Below are positions 1-12,049 of a stretch of DNA of 64,000 nucleotides, one piece after another. The notes below the pieces were generated by a model. The model searched no databases. It saw only the letters and a program-made list of their open reading frames with translations, and was not told the origin of the DNA. The stretch comes from Octopus sinensis (Eukaryota). The position numbers and the translations under genes were made by a program. Location of the stretch: positions 22,754,001 through 22,818,000 of the forward strand of contig NC_043012.1 of the NCBI RefSeq assembly GCF_006345805.1. The letters run 5' to 3'. The stretch's first letter is position 1. The number at the start of each line of letters is the position of its first letter.

Positions 1-175
1 GTGGTGATGATGATGACGACGATGATGATGATAATGATGATGATGAAGAAGAAGAAGGAGGAGAAGGAGAAGATGGTGGTGATGATGGTGGTGATGATGA
101 TGAGACGACGATGATGATGATAATGATGATGATGAAAAGAAGAGGAGAAGAAGAAGAAGAAAAAACAGAGAAGGG
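1..175. repeat. (GAT)n/(GAA)n/(GGT)n low-complexity trinucleotide tract
   Basis: Directly visible runs of gatgatgat, gaagaagaa and ggtggt. Confidence 0.95.
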
Positions 176-286
176 GGAATATGAATGGGTGTAGAATAGC
201 TATGAAGGGCTGATTAGTAATGGATTCTATGGAGTGTAATATTTGTGTGTGTATATATTTTTCTTTTATTCTAAAGTTGAGGTATA

Positions 287-1080
287 TTAATTGTTTGTCG
301 TAGACCCGTTTAGAAGTGGCTTGTATTTTGTAATAAAGAGATTTTCTTTACTTATTCGTTGTCTCGAGGTTGTATCGTCCTAAATTGGTAGAGGGGGAAA
401 ATCTGAAGTTTGTGTTTTTTTTGTTGGCGCAAGTATCTATGTGTTGGCTAAAAGCTATTTTTCTGTTTTGGGGAATTTTTATCTGGGATCTGTGCAGGGC
501 CATTCGTTTACGCAAACCATTTTTTGTTTGGCCTATGTACTGCTCTTGACACCCGGAGCAGGTTAGTGAGTATATTAGGTTCTCCGAAGCACATGTGAAG
601 TTGCTTTTCACTGTAAACCGTTGTCTCTGCTTGAAGGAGAACTCTGATCCCTCAATTAGATAGTCGCATATCCCGCAATTGGGTCTTCCACATTTTTTTA
701 CTGTCGGCTTCTGTGTTGAGGAGTGAATTCGGGCTTGTGTAAGGAGACTTTTCATGGATCTAGGCTGTCTTTTGCTTTTTATGATCGTGTGTGTTTGGAG
801 GATTGTGTTCATTCTGTGGTCTTTTTTTAGGAGGGGTATGTTGTGGAGGATGGTGTCGAAGGCTTCGTTATTGAGAGGGTTGTGTGTGGAGATGTATGGT
901 AAGGCTTTTGGTTGTAAGTTTTTCTTTGATTTGGGATGTCTCAGTTCCTTGATGTTAAGTTGAAGGGCACGTTGAATGCATGCACTTGTCAATAAGTGAA
1001 GGTGGATAGTTCCTGGTGATTAGGGTATCTTTTAGTTCTTGTAGTCGTGTGTCTCTGGTGTTTGCGTTAGAGACTATAGT
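287..1080 (-). mobile_element. Penelope-like retroelement fragment (RT C-terminus + GIY-YIG endonuclease), 5'-truncated and frameshifted
   Basis: Translation gives (RI)CTIVSNANTRDTRLQELKDTLITRNYPPSLID (RT C-term), then CGRPNCGICDYL...FTCASENLIYSLTCSGCQEQYIGQTKNGLRKRMALHRSQI (Cys motif + GIY-YIG). A shifted frame gives KLQIFPLYQF...KENLFITKYKPLLN to a stop at 287-289. It is disrupted by a 4-nt GCAT duplication near 980, an A-run frameshift near 415 and an in-frame TAA. Confidence 0.9.
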
Positions 1081-1190
1081 GCATATACTATAGTGCATAT
1101 CCTTATAGTGCATATATACATATATAGTGCATATCCTTATAGTGCATATATACATATATAGTGCATATCCTTATAGTGCATATATACATA
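1075..1190. repeat. Junction tandem repeat: 7x TATAGTGCATAT, organised as about 3x 34 bp
   Basis: The unit tatagtgcatatcct+tatagtgcatatatacata repeats directly against the truncated end of the Penelope fragment. Confidence 0.9.
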
Positions 1191-1309
1191 TATACACACA
1201 CACATATATATATGTATGTGTGTGTATATATATATTTATATACACATACATGCATCATTATCATCATCATCATCGTTTAACGTCCACTTTCCATGCTAGC
1301 ATGGGTTGG

Positions 1310-1348
<39 letters not shown>

Positions 1349-1363
1349 TATATATATATATAA

Positions 1364-2878
1364 TAAATGTATATGTGAAGGTACAAGGCTTGGTGGTTAA
1401 GATTTTGCATTAATGATCAAGCAATTGAGGGTTCAATTCCTGAATCAGGTAGCACATTGTGTTCTTGAGCAAAACACTTTATTTTAAGTTGCTATGTGGG
1501 TGGAAGAGTGGCAGAATTGTTGGCACGTTGGTAGAAATGATTTACAGTATATACTCTAGCTCTCAACATTCTGAGTTCAAACTGCAACTGCCTGGAGAAG
1601 ACAGTGAGAAACCACTCTAGTGTTCATCCCAAGCCTGGCCATGGTTGAAAAAAGTTCCTATATTCTACTTAAGAATATATATATATATATATACACATAC
1701 ATATATGTATTTATGTATGTATATATAAAAGTTTTTTTTTTTCTAATTTATATATATATATTGTTGTGTCTTGGGAGGGTCATTACATCACTAAAGTTAT
1801 TCTCATCAATTCACCTGGTGTTAAAACACCTGGAAGTCATAGACAAGTGAAATAACTTGCATCTGGTCCCATTCAGGAGTGATACACATTGATGTATCAT
1901 CATTTTTGTGACTTGTCAATACCACATACCCAAATCAAGGCCTGATGTAAGCGAAATTACCATCTATGACTATATGCAAAATGGCGTAAGAACCATCTGC
2001 TGGTATGTCCCAATGTTTTATACCATGGAAAAAACTCAAATATAAATTAAAATCAGCTCGAAGGATAAACAATAACAAACAAAATGTGTTATATATATAT
2101 ATATATATATAATATATATATATATATTTATATATATATATATATAGTATAAATGTATATGTGAAGGTACAAGGCTTGGTGGTTAAGATTTTGCATTAAT
2201 GATCAAGCAATTGAGGGTTCAATTCCTGAATCAGGTAGCACATTGTGTTCTTGAGCAAAACACTTTATTTTAAGTTGCTATGTGGGTGGAAGAGTGGCAG
2301 AATTGTTGGCACGTTGGTAGAAATGATTTACAGTATATACTCTAGCTCTCAACATTCTGAGTTCAAACTGCAACTGCCTGGAGAAGACAGTGAGAAACCA
2401 CTCTAGTGTTCATCCCAAGCCTGGCCATGGTTGAAAAAAGTTCCTATATTCTACTTAAGAATATATATATATATATATACACATACATATATGTATTTAT
2501 GTATGTATATATAAAAGGTGTTTTTTTTTCTAATTTATATATATATATTGTTGTGTCTTGGGAGGGTCATTACATCACTAAAGTTATTCTCATCAATTCA
2601 CCTGGTGTTAAAACACCTGGAAGTCATAGACAAGTGAAATAACTTGCATCTGGTCCCATTCAGGAGTGATACACATTGATGTATCATCATTTTTGTGACT
2701 TGTCAATACCACATACCCAAATCAAGGCCTGATGTAAGCGAAATTACCATCTATGACTATATGCAAAATGGCGTAAGAACCATCTGCTGGTATGTTCCCA
2801 ATGTTTTATACCATGGAAAAAACTCAAATATAAATTAAAATCAGCTCGAAGGATATAAACAATAACAAACAAAATGTG

Positions 2879-2880
<2 letters not shown>
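1364..2880. repeat. Near-identical tandem duplication, period about 786 bp (1364-2091 / 2150-2880)
   Basis: Both copies start aaatgtatatgtgaaggtacaagg (1365, 2151) and end aacaaaatgtgtt. They differ by a few small indels and are bounded and separated by (TA)n. Confidence 0.95.
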
Positions 2881-2912
<32 letters not shown>

Positions 2913-2916
2913 CCTG

Positions 2917-2947
<31 letters not shown>

Positions 2948-3204
2948 ATTGCCTGATGCCCTATGGGGTACATCAACTGGTTGCATATCTACCGTGACAT
3001 CATGTGTGGCTCAATACTGTAACATATGTAATGGCAGAAATGAAGGAATACCAAGTAAATCGCACCGGTTCTTTTCTCTTATCATTGCTGTTCTCTTTAT
3101 AAAATTCCCTTGAATACAGATGACCTGTGTCTACTAGTGATGGTGAGATTTTAACTCAACTCACATTAGGACACCCAATCATACCTTAAAATATATATAA
3201 ATAT

Positions 3205-3420
3205 ATATGCATCAAAAACAGTTTATTTCAAATTTGTTGGTACTCTTGAGTTTCAAGTGTGATGCTAATCTTCAGCCATTTTGAATTTGAATGCTGAAGA
3301 TTAGCATCACACTTGAAACTCTCGGAGAACCAACAAATTTGAATCAAACTGCTTTGATCCATACATGTTACTCACAATAAATTTGTTGAGTGCTCTTCTT
3401 TTGTTTGTCCACTCATTTGT
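3205..3420. mobile_element. Fold-back insertion in (TA)n carrying hammerhead-like motifs (probably Penelope-derived)
   Basis: Arms of about 70 bp at 3205-3276 and 3293-3364 are inverted. A unique extension runs to about 3420 and is followed by (TA)n. Confidence 0.75.
3238..3278 (-). ncRNA. Minimal type I hammerhead ribozyme motif (weak stem II)
   Basis: Minus strand: TGG CTGAAGA TTAGCATCACACTT GAA ACTC-AA-GAGT A CCA. The core is canonical, stem I is TGG/CCA and the cleavage triplet is GUA; stem II pairs poorly. Confidence 0.6.
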
Positions 3421-3422
3421 AT

Positions 3423-3492
<70 letters not shown>

Positions 3493-3602
3493 ATGTATGT
3501 ACATATTATATATATGTATATATATGTGTATATATATATACATATATATATATATTCTATATATATATTTATATATACATATATATATATTATCTATATA
3601 TA

Positions 3603-3670
<68 letters not shown>
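3421..3670. repeat. (TA)n-dominated microsatellite (one of many, e.g. 8050-8500, 44500-44830, 45260-45540, 48660-48890, 51900-52110)
   Basis: Directly visible. Confidence 0.97.
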
Positions 3671-3673
<3 letters not shown>

Positions 3674-3840
3674 AGAGTTTACGAAAAAAACAAAAGATGA
3701 AGACAGGTGGTGTACAAAACAAACAGATATATTAGTATAACGCTCAGGAATAGAAAAAGTCTTTTATGTTTTGAGTCTATGCTCTTCTACAGAAAGGGAC
3801 ACAGAAAAAACAAGGAGAGAAAAAAATGTGTGTAGTGGCT
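3671..3840 (-). mobile_element. Short TA-inserted element with variant hammerhead-like motif (3761-3796); second copy at 54760-54960
   Basis: Minus strand: CTTT CTGTAGA A GAGCATAGACTC AAAA CAT A AAAG. Clearly homologous to 54760-54960; (TA)n on both sides. Confidence 0.6.
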
Positions 3841-3921
3841 ATATATATACATATATATATATATATACACACATACAAACACACACACAAACAATGGGCT
3901 TCTTTCAGTTTTCATCTACTA

Positions 3922-4106
3922 AGTGGCACGTAAAAAACACCCACTACACTCGCGGAGTGGTTGGCGTTAGGAAGGGCATCCAGCCGTAGAAACACTGCCA
4001 GATCTGACTGGGCCTGACGAAGCCTTCCAGCTTCACAGACCCCAGTTGACCCGTCCAACCCATGCTAGCATGGAAAGCGGATGCTAAATGATGATGATGA
4101 TGATGA
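3922..4106 (+). mobile_element. RTE-LINE 3' terminal fragment with (GAT)n tail
   Basis: ggcacgtaaaaaacacccactacactc...ccatgctagcatggaaagcgga...(tga)n, the same sequence as the 3' end of the RT-bearing copy at 27832-29395. Confidence 0.8.
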
Positions 4107-4376
4107 AGTTCAATCACAAGGCTTGGGTTGGCCCAAGGCTAATAATAGAATACACAAGCCCAGAATGCTTTGCAGAGGGACTGCTGTATCTGATTTCATT
4201 CACAAAACTTGGGTCGATCCAAGGCCATAGAAAAAGAAAGGAAGCAGCACAGCGGAATTGAACTTGGAACCTCACGAATGCAAAACAAACTTCTTAATCA
4301 CTTGGCCATGAGTAGAATAAAATAAAGCAGATAACTATTTGCACTTGCACTAAGCCCAGTGACCAACCGATTGCTG

Positions 4377-4417
<41 letters not shown>

Positions 4418-7085
4418 AGTGGAGTAGAGTGTCTAAAAATAAATCTTTGAAAAAGTGATGGAGTGAATGATGTATGTATGGCAAATATTCAGTGCTGCTC
4501 TGCTGTTGCTCATTGTGTGTGTTAAGTACGTGGCAGTGAGTGTACTGATGCAAAACACTGTGCTTTTGTTTATTCTACCACCACCACCACCGCCACCGCC
4601 CCCACCACTCTACAACCTCCGTCCCCTCCGCTGCAGTTGCTGCTGTTCATCAAATACACTAGCCTTTCTTTCTTTTATTTCCCTTCTTTTCACTTGTTAC
4701 AGTCATGGGACTGTGGCCATGCAGGAGCACTTTCTTAGTTGAACAAATTGGCCCCGGTATTTTTTTTTTTTGCAAAGCTTGCTACTTATTTTATCGATCC
4801 CTTTTGCTGAACTGCTAAATTACGGGAGATGACAACAAACCAACACCAATTGTCCAAATGATGGTAGTGGGACAAATGGACAAGCACAATCAGAAAGACA
4901 GACACACATATATGAAAAGCTGCTTCACACAGTTTCCATCTAGCAAATTCACTCACAAGGCATTGGTTCGCCTGAGACTATAATAGAAGACGCTTGCCGA
5001 GGATGCCACATAGTGGGACTGAACCTAAAATCACGTGGTCGGGAAGTGAACTTCTGAACCACACAGTTATGCTTGCAACTATTTTTTTATCATTATATTT
5101 TTTATCATTATTATTTTTTATCATTATTATTTTTTATCATTATTATTTTTTATCATTATTATTTTTTATCATTATTATTTTTTATCATTATTATTTTTTA
5201 TCATTATTAAGGTAGTGAGCTGGCAGAACCGTTAGCACGCTGTATGAAATGCTTAGTGGTATTTTGTCTGCAGCTACATTCTGAGTTCAAATTCCATTGA
5301 GGTTGACTTTGCCTTTCATCCTTTCAGGGTCTCTCTTTACTCTTTTACTCTTTTATTTGTTTCAGTCATTATATTTATATAATTATATTTATATAATTAT
5401 ATTTATATGCATATATATACACATATATACATATTTATATGCATATATACATATGTATACATACATACACATACACATGCACATATATATAACACATACA
5501 TATATATAACATATACATATATATATACATACATTCTTTGAAAACCAAACAGAATGAGGGCAACTACAGACAAGTGCTTCGAAATCCTCAGCTTCTCTAC
5601 CCAGAATGTAAATTCTTGTTTGCACCAATAAGAGTTGGTGCACTTTGTTTTGTTAGTTAATGCCTGAGTTAAATTCTAGAAAAGTTAAGGTTTTTTCTCA
5701 AAAAACAAAAGAAAAAAACAAAATCAGCCAGCTTAATGTGCACATTACAAATGTAATCTGTCAGTGGAGCAATAAGAATATATGCACGATTTTTCTAAAG
5801 TTCAAAATGTAACAATCTTTGTTATCTTCATTCCAATAATGTAGCTTAATGGAGTTTTGCTTCTTTGTTACAAACCAGTTCCTTCCACATGGAAGACTCC
5901 AAAAAAAAAAGAAAGAGAACACACATCTTTTACACCACTACTTTACAAATTACTTGGCCAGTTGATAAAAACACAGTGTTGTCCGATTATTTCTAAGATA
6001 TATTTATGAAGTTGTTGTTGCCGTTGTTGTTGTTGTTGTCTTTAGTTTAGTTCATCACACAGCCTAACTGAGTAGACGTATGATGACAGGCAATCCATCC
6101 ATGACTAACATGCTTAAGTTTCACATATGCCACGTGCATTATCGAATATGTCCTTTCATTTTAAATCAGTTTAAGACAGGTTACGGCATGGTTTTGAGGA
6201 AGATTTAGCTGCTGTTTCTTGTATGCCTAGATACCTGCTAGGTAGGTGGGGGAGTAACCAAATCTTAAGTGTTCCAGCCATGACAACCATATCTTAGTTT
6301 CAGATAGAAATGCCAGCGTGGCTGAGTGTTTAAGAATTTTGCTTCCCAACCAAAACAGTTGATTCAGGCCAGCTGCATGGCACCTTAGGTGTCTTTTATT
6401 ATAACCCCAGGTCGACCAAAGCCTTGTGAGAAGATTTGGTAAGTGGAAACTAAAAGGAACCCATTACATGTGTGTGTATATATATGCAAATATATGTGTG
6501 TATGTATGTATGAGTGTGTGTGTGTGTGTATGTATGGATGGATGTGTGTATGTATGTGCATGTGTTAGTGTCTTGGCATCATGTTAGTTGGAAACAAGTA
6601 GCATCATCATAAAAGTGGTGATGGTCATTTCTAATTTCAAAGGAAATCTATTTGGCCAAAGGTAAAAATACTTCGCTTGGAAACAGGTGAGGGTTGATGG
6701 AAAGAGAGTCATTTGGCCTCAACAAATTTTCTCTGATCCATGCAAGCATGGAAAAGTGGATATTCAAATAATAATGACTGTGATGATGATGATGATGATG
6801 ATGTAGGACTACATACGTTATGAACTATATCCTTCATGTTTAAGACAGTAAAGTACGATTTTGAGGTTGATTTGGCTGCTATTTCTAGTGTGTCTACATA
6901 CCTGCGAGAGAAAGTAGCCAAATCTCAATGAGGGAGTTGCATAACCAATTAGCTTGATACATTTAATTTGACAAATTTACAAATCTCATTGGAACCTACT
7001 AACGAGGATGTGATTTATTCCTTGTTTACAAAAGCTTCATTCATTTACCTTCAAACAAAACTATTATTTACTAACAGAAATATCG

Positions 7086-7116
<31 letters not shown>

Positions 7117-8051
7117 CATGTGTGTGTGTGTGTGTGCGTGTGTGTGTGTGTGTGTGTGTGAGTGTGTGTGTGTGTGTGTGTGTGTAAGTAGGTAGATACA
7201 TAGATACATGGATTTCTCCCTCTCTCTCTCTCTCTCTCCAGATCTATAACACTATAATAGACTTGAAGAATTGAAGAGTTTTCCATCAGAATTCTCTATG
7301 TTCACTGATCTTAAATTACCTCAAATTGACTACATATTTATGGTGTTACCATTCTTTTTTCCTTCCATCAATACTTTTACACTATACAGAGGATCTGTTT
7401 TTATTGGGATTTTTACTTTTCAAAGGTTGGAGCATTGTTTTGATTCCATTTTCTTTATCTATACATTAATTCTATGTGTTTATATAGTTCTTATTTTCTC
7501 TCTTTCTTTTCCCCCTATTTTATTTTTTTAAAAATTGCTTTCAAGATAAATAAAAACAGATAAAATAGAAAGTATCCTAATCTTCGTAGTTATATTCTTT
7601 TTTTTTTTTAAACCAGTTCTTGAGTTTGTTTCTTTAAATTTTATTTTTCTCTCTTTTACTTCTTTTATGAACATGAAAAATTAATAGGAAAAAAATATAT
7701 ATACATAAAAAATAAATGTCAGCTGTAAAAGAAAAAAAAGAAAAAGGTAAAAGGTAAAAAGGAAAGGAAAATTGGGCAAATAAAAAAAATGTCTTGTTGA
7801 TTTGAAGAAGATATCCAACTGGTTGCTAGCTTTGTTTTGTAGTTATTGTTGTTGCTGTTGTTGCTGTAGTTGTTTATGTCAGTTAACGGAGAACATAAAG
7901 ATCTATGTGCAGTGAACTAATATAAAGAGTTGAATGCAAGATAGATGTGCAGCAAAAACAGATGTGCTTCATTTGACGAGGAATCTTTGCTCGCAATACC
8001 AAGTACCTTTTTTTCCCCACCGCCTAATTCAAGCATTCAAGTTGTGATGTG

Positions 8052-8084
<33 letters not shown>

Positions 8085-8141
8085 ATATTGCAGGTATATA
8101 AATATAATATAGATGTACACATATATACATACATATGTATA

Positions 8142-8179
<38 letters not shown>

Positions 8180-8426
8180 ACACACACACACATATATATA
8201 CATATACATGCATATATATAAACAGATATATACATGTATACACATACACATATATATACATATATACATTCATACATATACACAGATATATATATATGTA
8301 TGTATAAACACACACACACACACATATATATATATACATATATACAGATATATATATATACATATACTTCCATATATATATATACAGATATATATATATA
8401 TACAAATATATATATATACATATACT

Positions 8427-8462
<36 letters not shown>

Positions 8463-9287
8463 TATATATATACATTACTTTGATATATATATATATACTG
8501 TATATTTACTAATTTATTCATTAGCTATTTATCTTTTTTTTATCGTCTGCTGGTTCCTTGTTGGTTTTTTTTTTGGTGGGGGGGTGTTCTTTCCTCTGGT
8601 GGCAGTGGGTGTCCGACTTAAAACTTGGCTTTAAACTGAAGATTAGTCAAATGTCAAAAAATCAGTCTATTTCACTTAGTTAATGTATAAAGTTTCAATA
8701 AACAATAACAAAAACAAAACCCTTTCTCCCCCCCACTTCTCTGTAACAACAACAAAAACAATAACAACGACCGACCCTGATATAAGTGAAGTAAAAGAAG
8801 ACAGTTGAAGAAAATAAGAGAAATAAGTAAATTTAAAAAAAAAAACACAACAAAATATATAAACACAAACAAAGAATGAAATGAGAAAATAGAATGATGA
8901 GTAAATAGAATCATAAAAAAAAAAAAAACTAGTTTGTAATAACTCTAAAAGAAGAAGAGCGGTATTGACCGAAAGAGGTAACAACAACAAAATATAAAAC
9001 AAAACAAAGCAACAAAAACAAATGAAAAAAATAAACAGTAATAAAATAGATGTTGTAAAGTGAACTGGGGGTTGTTGAAAAGTGAAGAGGGGGGGTATTG
9101 TTGTTCCATTGGCTGAAACAGTGTAGTTTTAGTCTATCTTTGCAGTTGATCAAATCTCTATTTTTGTAGTTCTGTTGATACGCTTTTTCTTGGAGGGTTC
9201 TGATTTGATAATAATCACTGTATTCGCCTCTGTTTCCATCTCCATCTATATCCATCCACCACTTTCCTTTCACACTTTCATCAAATT

Positions 9288-9910
9288 ACCTGTCCACTCA
9301 CCACGTCCAGTCCTCTGGAACCCTTTCTCTTAGATTCACTTTCTTTAACTTGAGGGTATGCCCTCTACCTGTCCATTCACCACGTCCAGTCCTCTGGACC
9401 CTTTCTCTTAGATTCACTTTCTTTAACTTGAGGGTATGCCCTCTACCTATCCATTAACCACGTCCAGTCCTCTGGACCCTTTCTCTTAGATTCACTTTCT
9501 TTAACTTGAGGGTATGCCCTCTACCTGTCCATTCACCACGTCCAGTCCTCTGGACCCTTTCTCTTAGATTCACTTTCTTTAACTTGAGGGTATGCCCTCT
9601 ACCTGTCCACTCACCATGTCCAGTCCTCTGGACCCTTTCTCTTAGATTCACTTTCTTTAACTTGAGGGTATGCCCTCTACCTGTCCATTCACCACGTCCA
9701 GTCCTCTGGACCCTTTCTCTGAGATTCACTTTCTTTAACTTGAGGGTATGCCCTCTACCTGTCCATTCACCACGTCCAGTCCTCTGGACCCTTTCCCTTA
9801 GATTCACTTTCTTTAACTTGAGGGTATGCCCTCTACCTGTCCATTCACCACGTCCAGTCCTCTGGACCCTTTCTCTGAGATTCACTTTCTTTAACTTGAG
9901 GGTATGCCCT
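9288..9910. repeat. 78-bp minisatellite, about 8 copies
   Basis: Unit ctctacctgtccattcaccacgtccagtcctctggaccctttctcttagattcactttctttaacttgagggtatgcc starts at 9363, 9441, 9519, 9597, 9675, 9753 and 9831, plus a near-complete copy from 9288. Confidence 0.97.
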
Positions 9911-10016
9911 CACACCTATTCTCTACCATCTTTTCTCCTTTTCCAGTAGGGGCAACCATGTATCTCCTCTCCTGCAGCACAGAGAGACTTCTTTCTACAC
10001 CTCTATCATACTTTAG

Positions 10017-10237
10017 CCCTTTCGTTACCAACCCGGCTGAAACTGGCTCTGGCTCTGTAGTACAAATGTCTTGTTTTCATAAGTTTTGAATTAAAATCTT
10101 CCACCAATCCTTAGTCACAATTTACATTCCTAACACTAACTTAATGATAACTAAGTTATTTTACTAAATTCTTTCTTATATTTAAAATAATTGAAAGAAA
10201 CACAGAGCATCTCAAAATAAATATGGTAACAAAAGGG
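10017..10237. mobile_element. piggyBac-type MITE
   Basis: TIR CCCTTTCGTTACC / GGTAACAAAAGGG, flanked by TTAG (left) and TTAA (right). Confidence 0.7.
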
Positions 10238-10826
10238 TTAACCTCTCATCACCTGACATAAAATCTTCTCCTTCAATATTACAACAACCCTGCCCCATTC
10301 GAGGGGTCTTGTCTGGTGGCTTAATCAGTAACCTTACAAATGCCAGTCTCACATAAAAAGCACTTGGTATACTCTGTAAAGTAGTTGGTGTTGGGAAACT
10401 ATTCTTAAGCAGACATTGGAATATGGTGCAGTGCTTTCACTTCTTAGTTCCTCTTAAACTGACCAATCCATGTCAGAATAGAAAATGAGCATCAAACAAT
10501 GATGATGATGATGATGATACCGTCTATGTTATCAGCTTTAAATAATCAGTTTTTAATTAGAAAAATGACCTTCGATAAGTAAGTTTAAGCATCTTGCCCC
10601 TACCCTACTTCAGGAACACCTAATTTGAGAAACAGAAAGTTAGCGCCTCATGTAATTCCAAACATAAGCATTAAGAATATTATGTGTATTATCATCATTA
10701 AATGATAATTTGTCTTTTAGTCTGAACTGATATGAACTTTATTATTAGTGTTACCAGGAACATACATTAATAATGATTTCTTAATTAGATATGATGATGC
10801 TTCAAAGATGTATGTGTGTGTGTGTG

Positions 10827-10866
<40 letters not shown>

Positions 10867-11107
10867 TAAGAAGTCTAATAATGGATAAGTTTGTTCCCTA
10901 AAGCATTAGAGAAGTGCAATGCATATGTTTGTAATTTAGTACGCTAATACCTTTGAGGAACATCATTCTATGGAGGAATCTGAAACCCCTTTCACAAACC
11001 TGTGGCTATCATTAGTAATAATAAGAAATTTATAATAGTTTTGTAATGCAGGGGTCCCTAACCACTAGGCTATTGGGTCATGGGTGATTTGGTACTGGGC
11101 TGGATAT

Positions 11108-11330
11108 CATCATCATCATCATCATCATCATCGTTTAGCATCCACTTTCCATGCTAACATGGGTTGGACAGTTCAACTGGGGTCTGGGAAGCCAGAAATC
11201 TGCACCAGGCTCCTGTCTGATCTGGCAATGTTTCTACGACTGGATGCCCTTCCTAACGCCAACCACTCCATGAGTGTAGTGGGTGCTTTTTACATGCCAC
11301 CGGCACAGGTGCCAGACAAGGCTGGCAAAA
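11108..11330 (-). mobile_element. RTE 3' terminal fragment nested in the hAT MITE
   Basis: (cat)n followed by cgtttagcatccactttccatgc...ggatgcccttcctaacgccaaccac. Confidence 0.8.
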
Positions 11331-11403
11331 TTTCAAATTTTATTTCTATTGTATTGGCAATTGCAATCTGCGGTGTTTTCATTTTTGCATTGTGTATGTA
11401 TTA

Positions 11404-11521
11404 TATAGCAGCCATATCCTGTTGAAAGCACTGGTCCTTGTCTGATTACCAAAGTTCAACCACATTAAGTCTAGCTAGTACTTGCATGGGTGACCACTTG
11501 GGAAACCTAGGTGCTGTGAAA
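11404..11521 (+). pseudogene. Degenerate full-length 5S rRNA pseudogene
   Basis: gcagccatatcctgttgaaagcactggtccttgtctgattaccaaagttcaacc...ctagtacttgcatgggtgaccacttgggaaacctaggtgctgtg is collinear over about 118 nt with the animal 5S consensus (GCCATACC..TGAA..GTCTGATC..GAAG.TAAGC..TAGTACTTGGATGGGAGACC.CCTGGGAA..C.GGTGCTGT). Confidence 0.8.
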
Positions 11522-11800
11522 TGGCCTAGTGCATAAAGTGTTGCAGTTATGATTGTGAGACTGTGGTTTCAATTCCTAGGCTGGGTGGTGTGTTGTGTTC
11601 TCGAGCAAAACACTTCACCTCACATTGCTCTGCAATCACTTTTGACACCTGATGAGAGGTACACTGTACACCTATTCAGGTACCGTCAATTTGACGGAGC
11701 GAGTGAGCTAACGTGCAGCACAAACCAATCATTTGTGCAGATCATTTGGCTAAGGCCGAAAACTCATATTGCCATTTTCGATGGGAGAGTCCATCATATA
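11522..11800 (+). mobile_element. tRNA-headed SINE with GTGTTCTCGAGCAAAACACTT (V-domain-like) segment
   Basis: A-box/B-box-like head (tggcctagtg...ggtttcaattcc). Related copies lie at 19120-19460 (+) and 63285-63458 (-). Confidence 0.6.
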
Positions 11801-12049
11801 TGTAATAATCAAATTATACATTATGCACTTCATTGTGTTTTGTTATGCACATGATCCCCTGGTCTAGCCTGAAACCAGTCTCCAAAAAAAGGTTGAGGAC
11901 TGCTGCTGTAATGTTAAAAAATTTTCTTACATTTAAGCTACATGTGGGTTGAATGGAATTAAATAACCCTGGTTATATACATAATACCTCAATGGTGATG
12001 GAACCCAGAACTGAGAGAAAGAAACTGAATAATATGAATTTAGTCTAGT

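Larger units (their letters stand above)
11049..11905. mobile_element. hAT-type MITE containing nested insertions
   Basis: TIRs CAGGGGTCCCTAACC / GGTTGAGGACTGCTG; 8-bp TSD TTGTAATG (11041-48) vs CTGTAATG (11906-13). Homologous to 47885-48590. Confidence 0.8.

Noticed and set aside
9148-9243. Minus-strand MEMETEANTVIIIKSEPSKKKRINRTTKIEI* as a possible last exon with an NLS
   Set aside because: It is preceded by an in-frame TAG in purine-rich sequence with no usable acceptor, and I recognise no homology.
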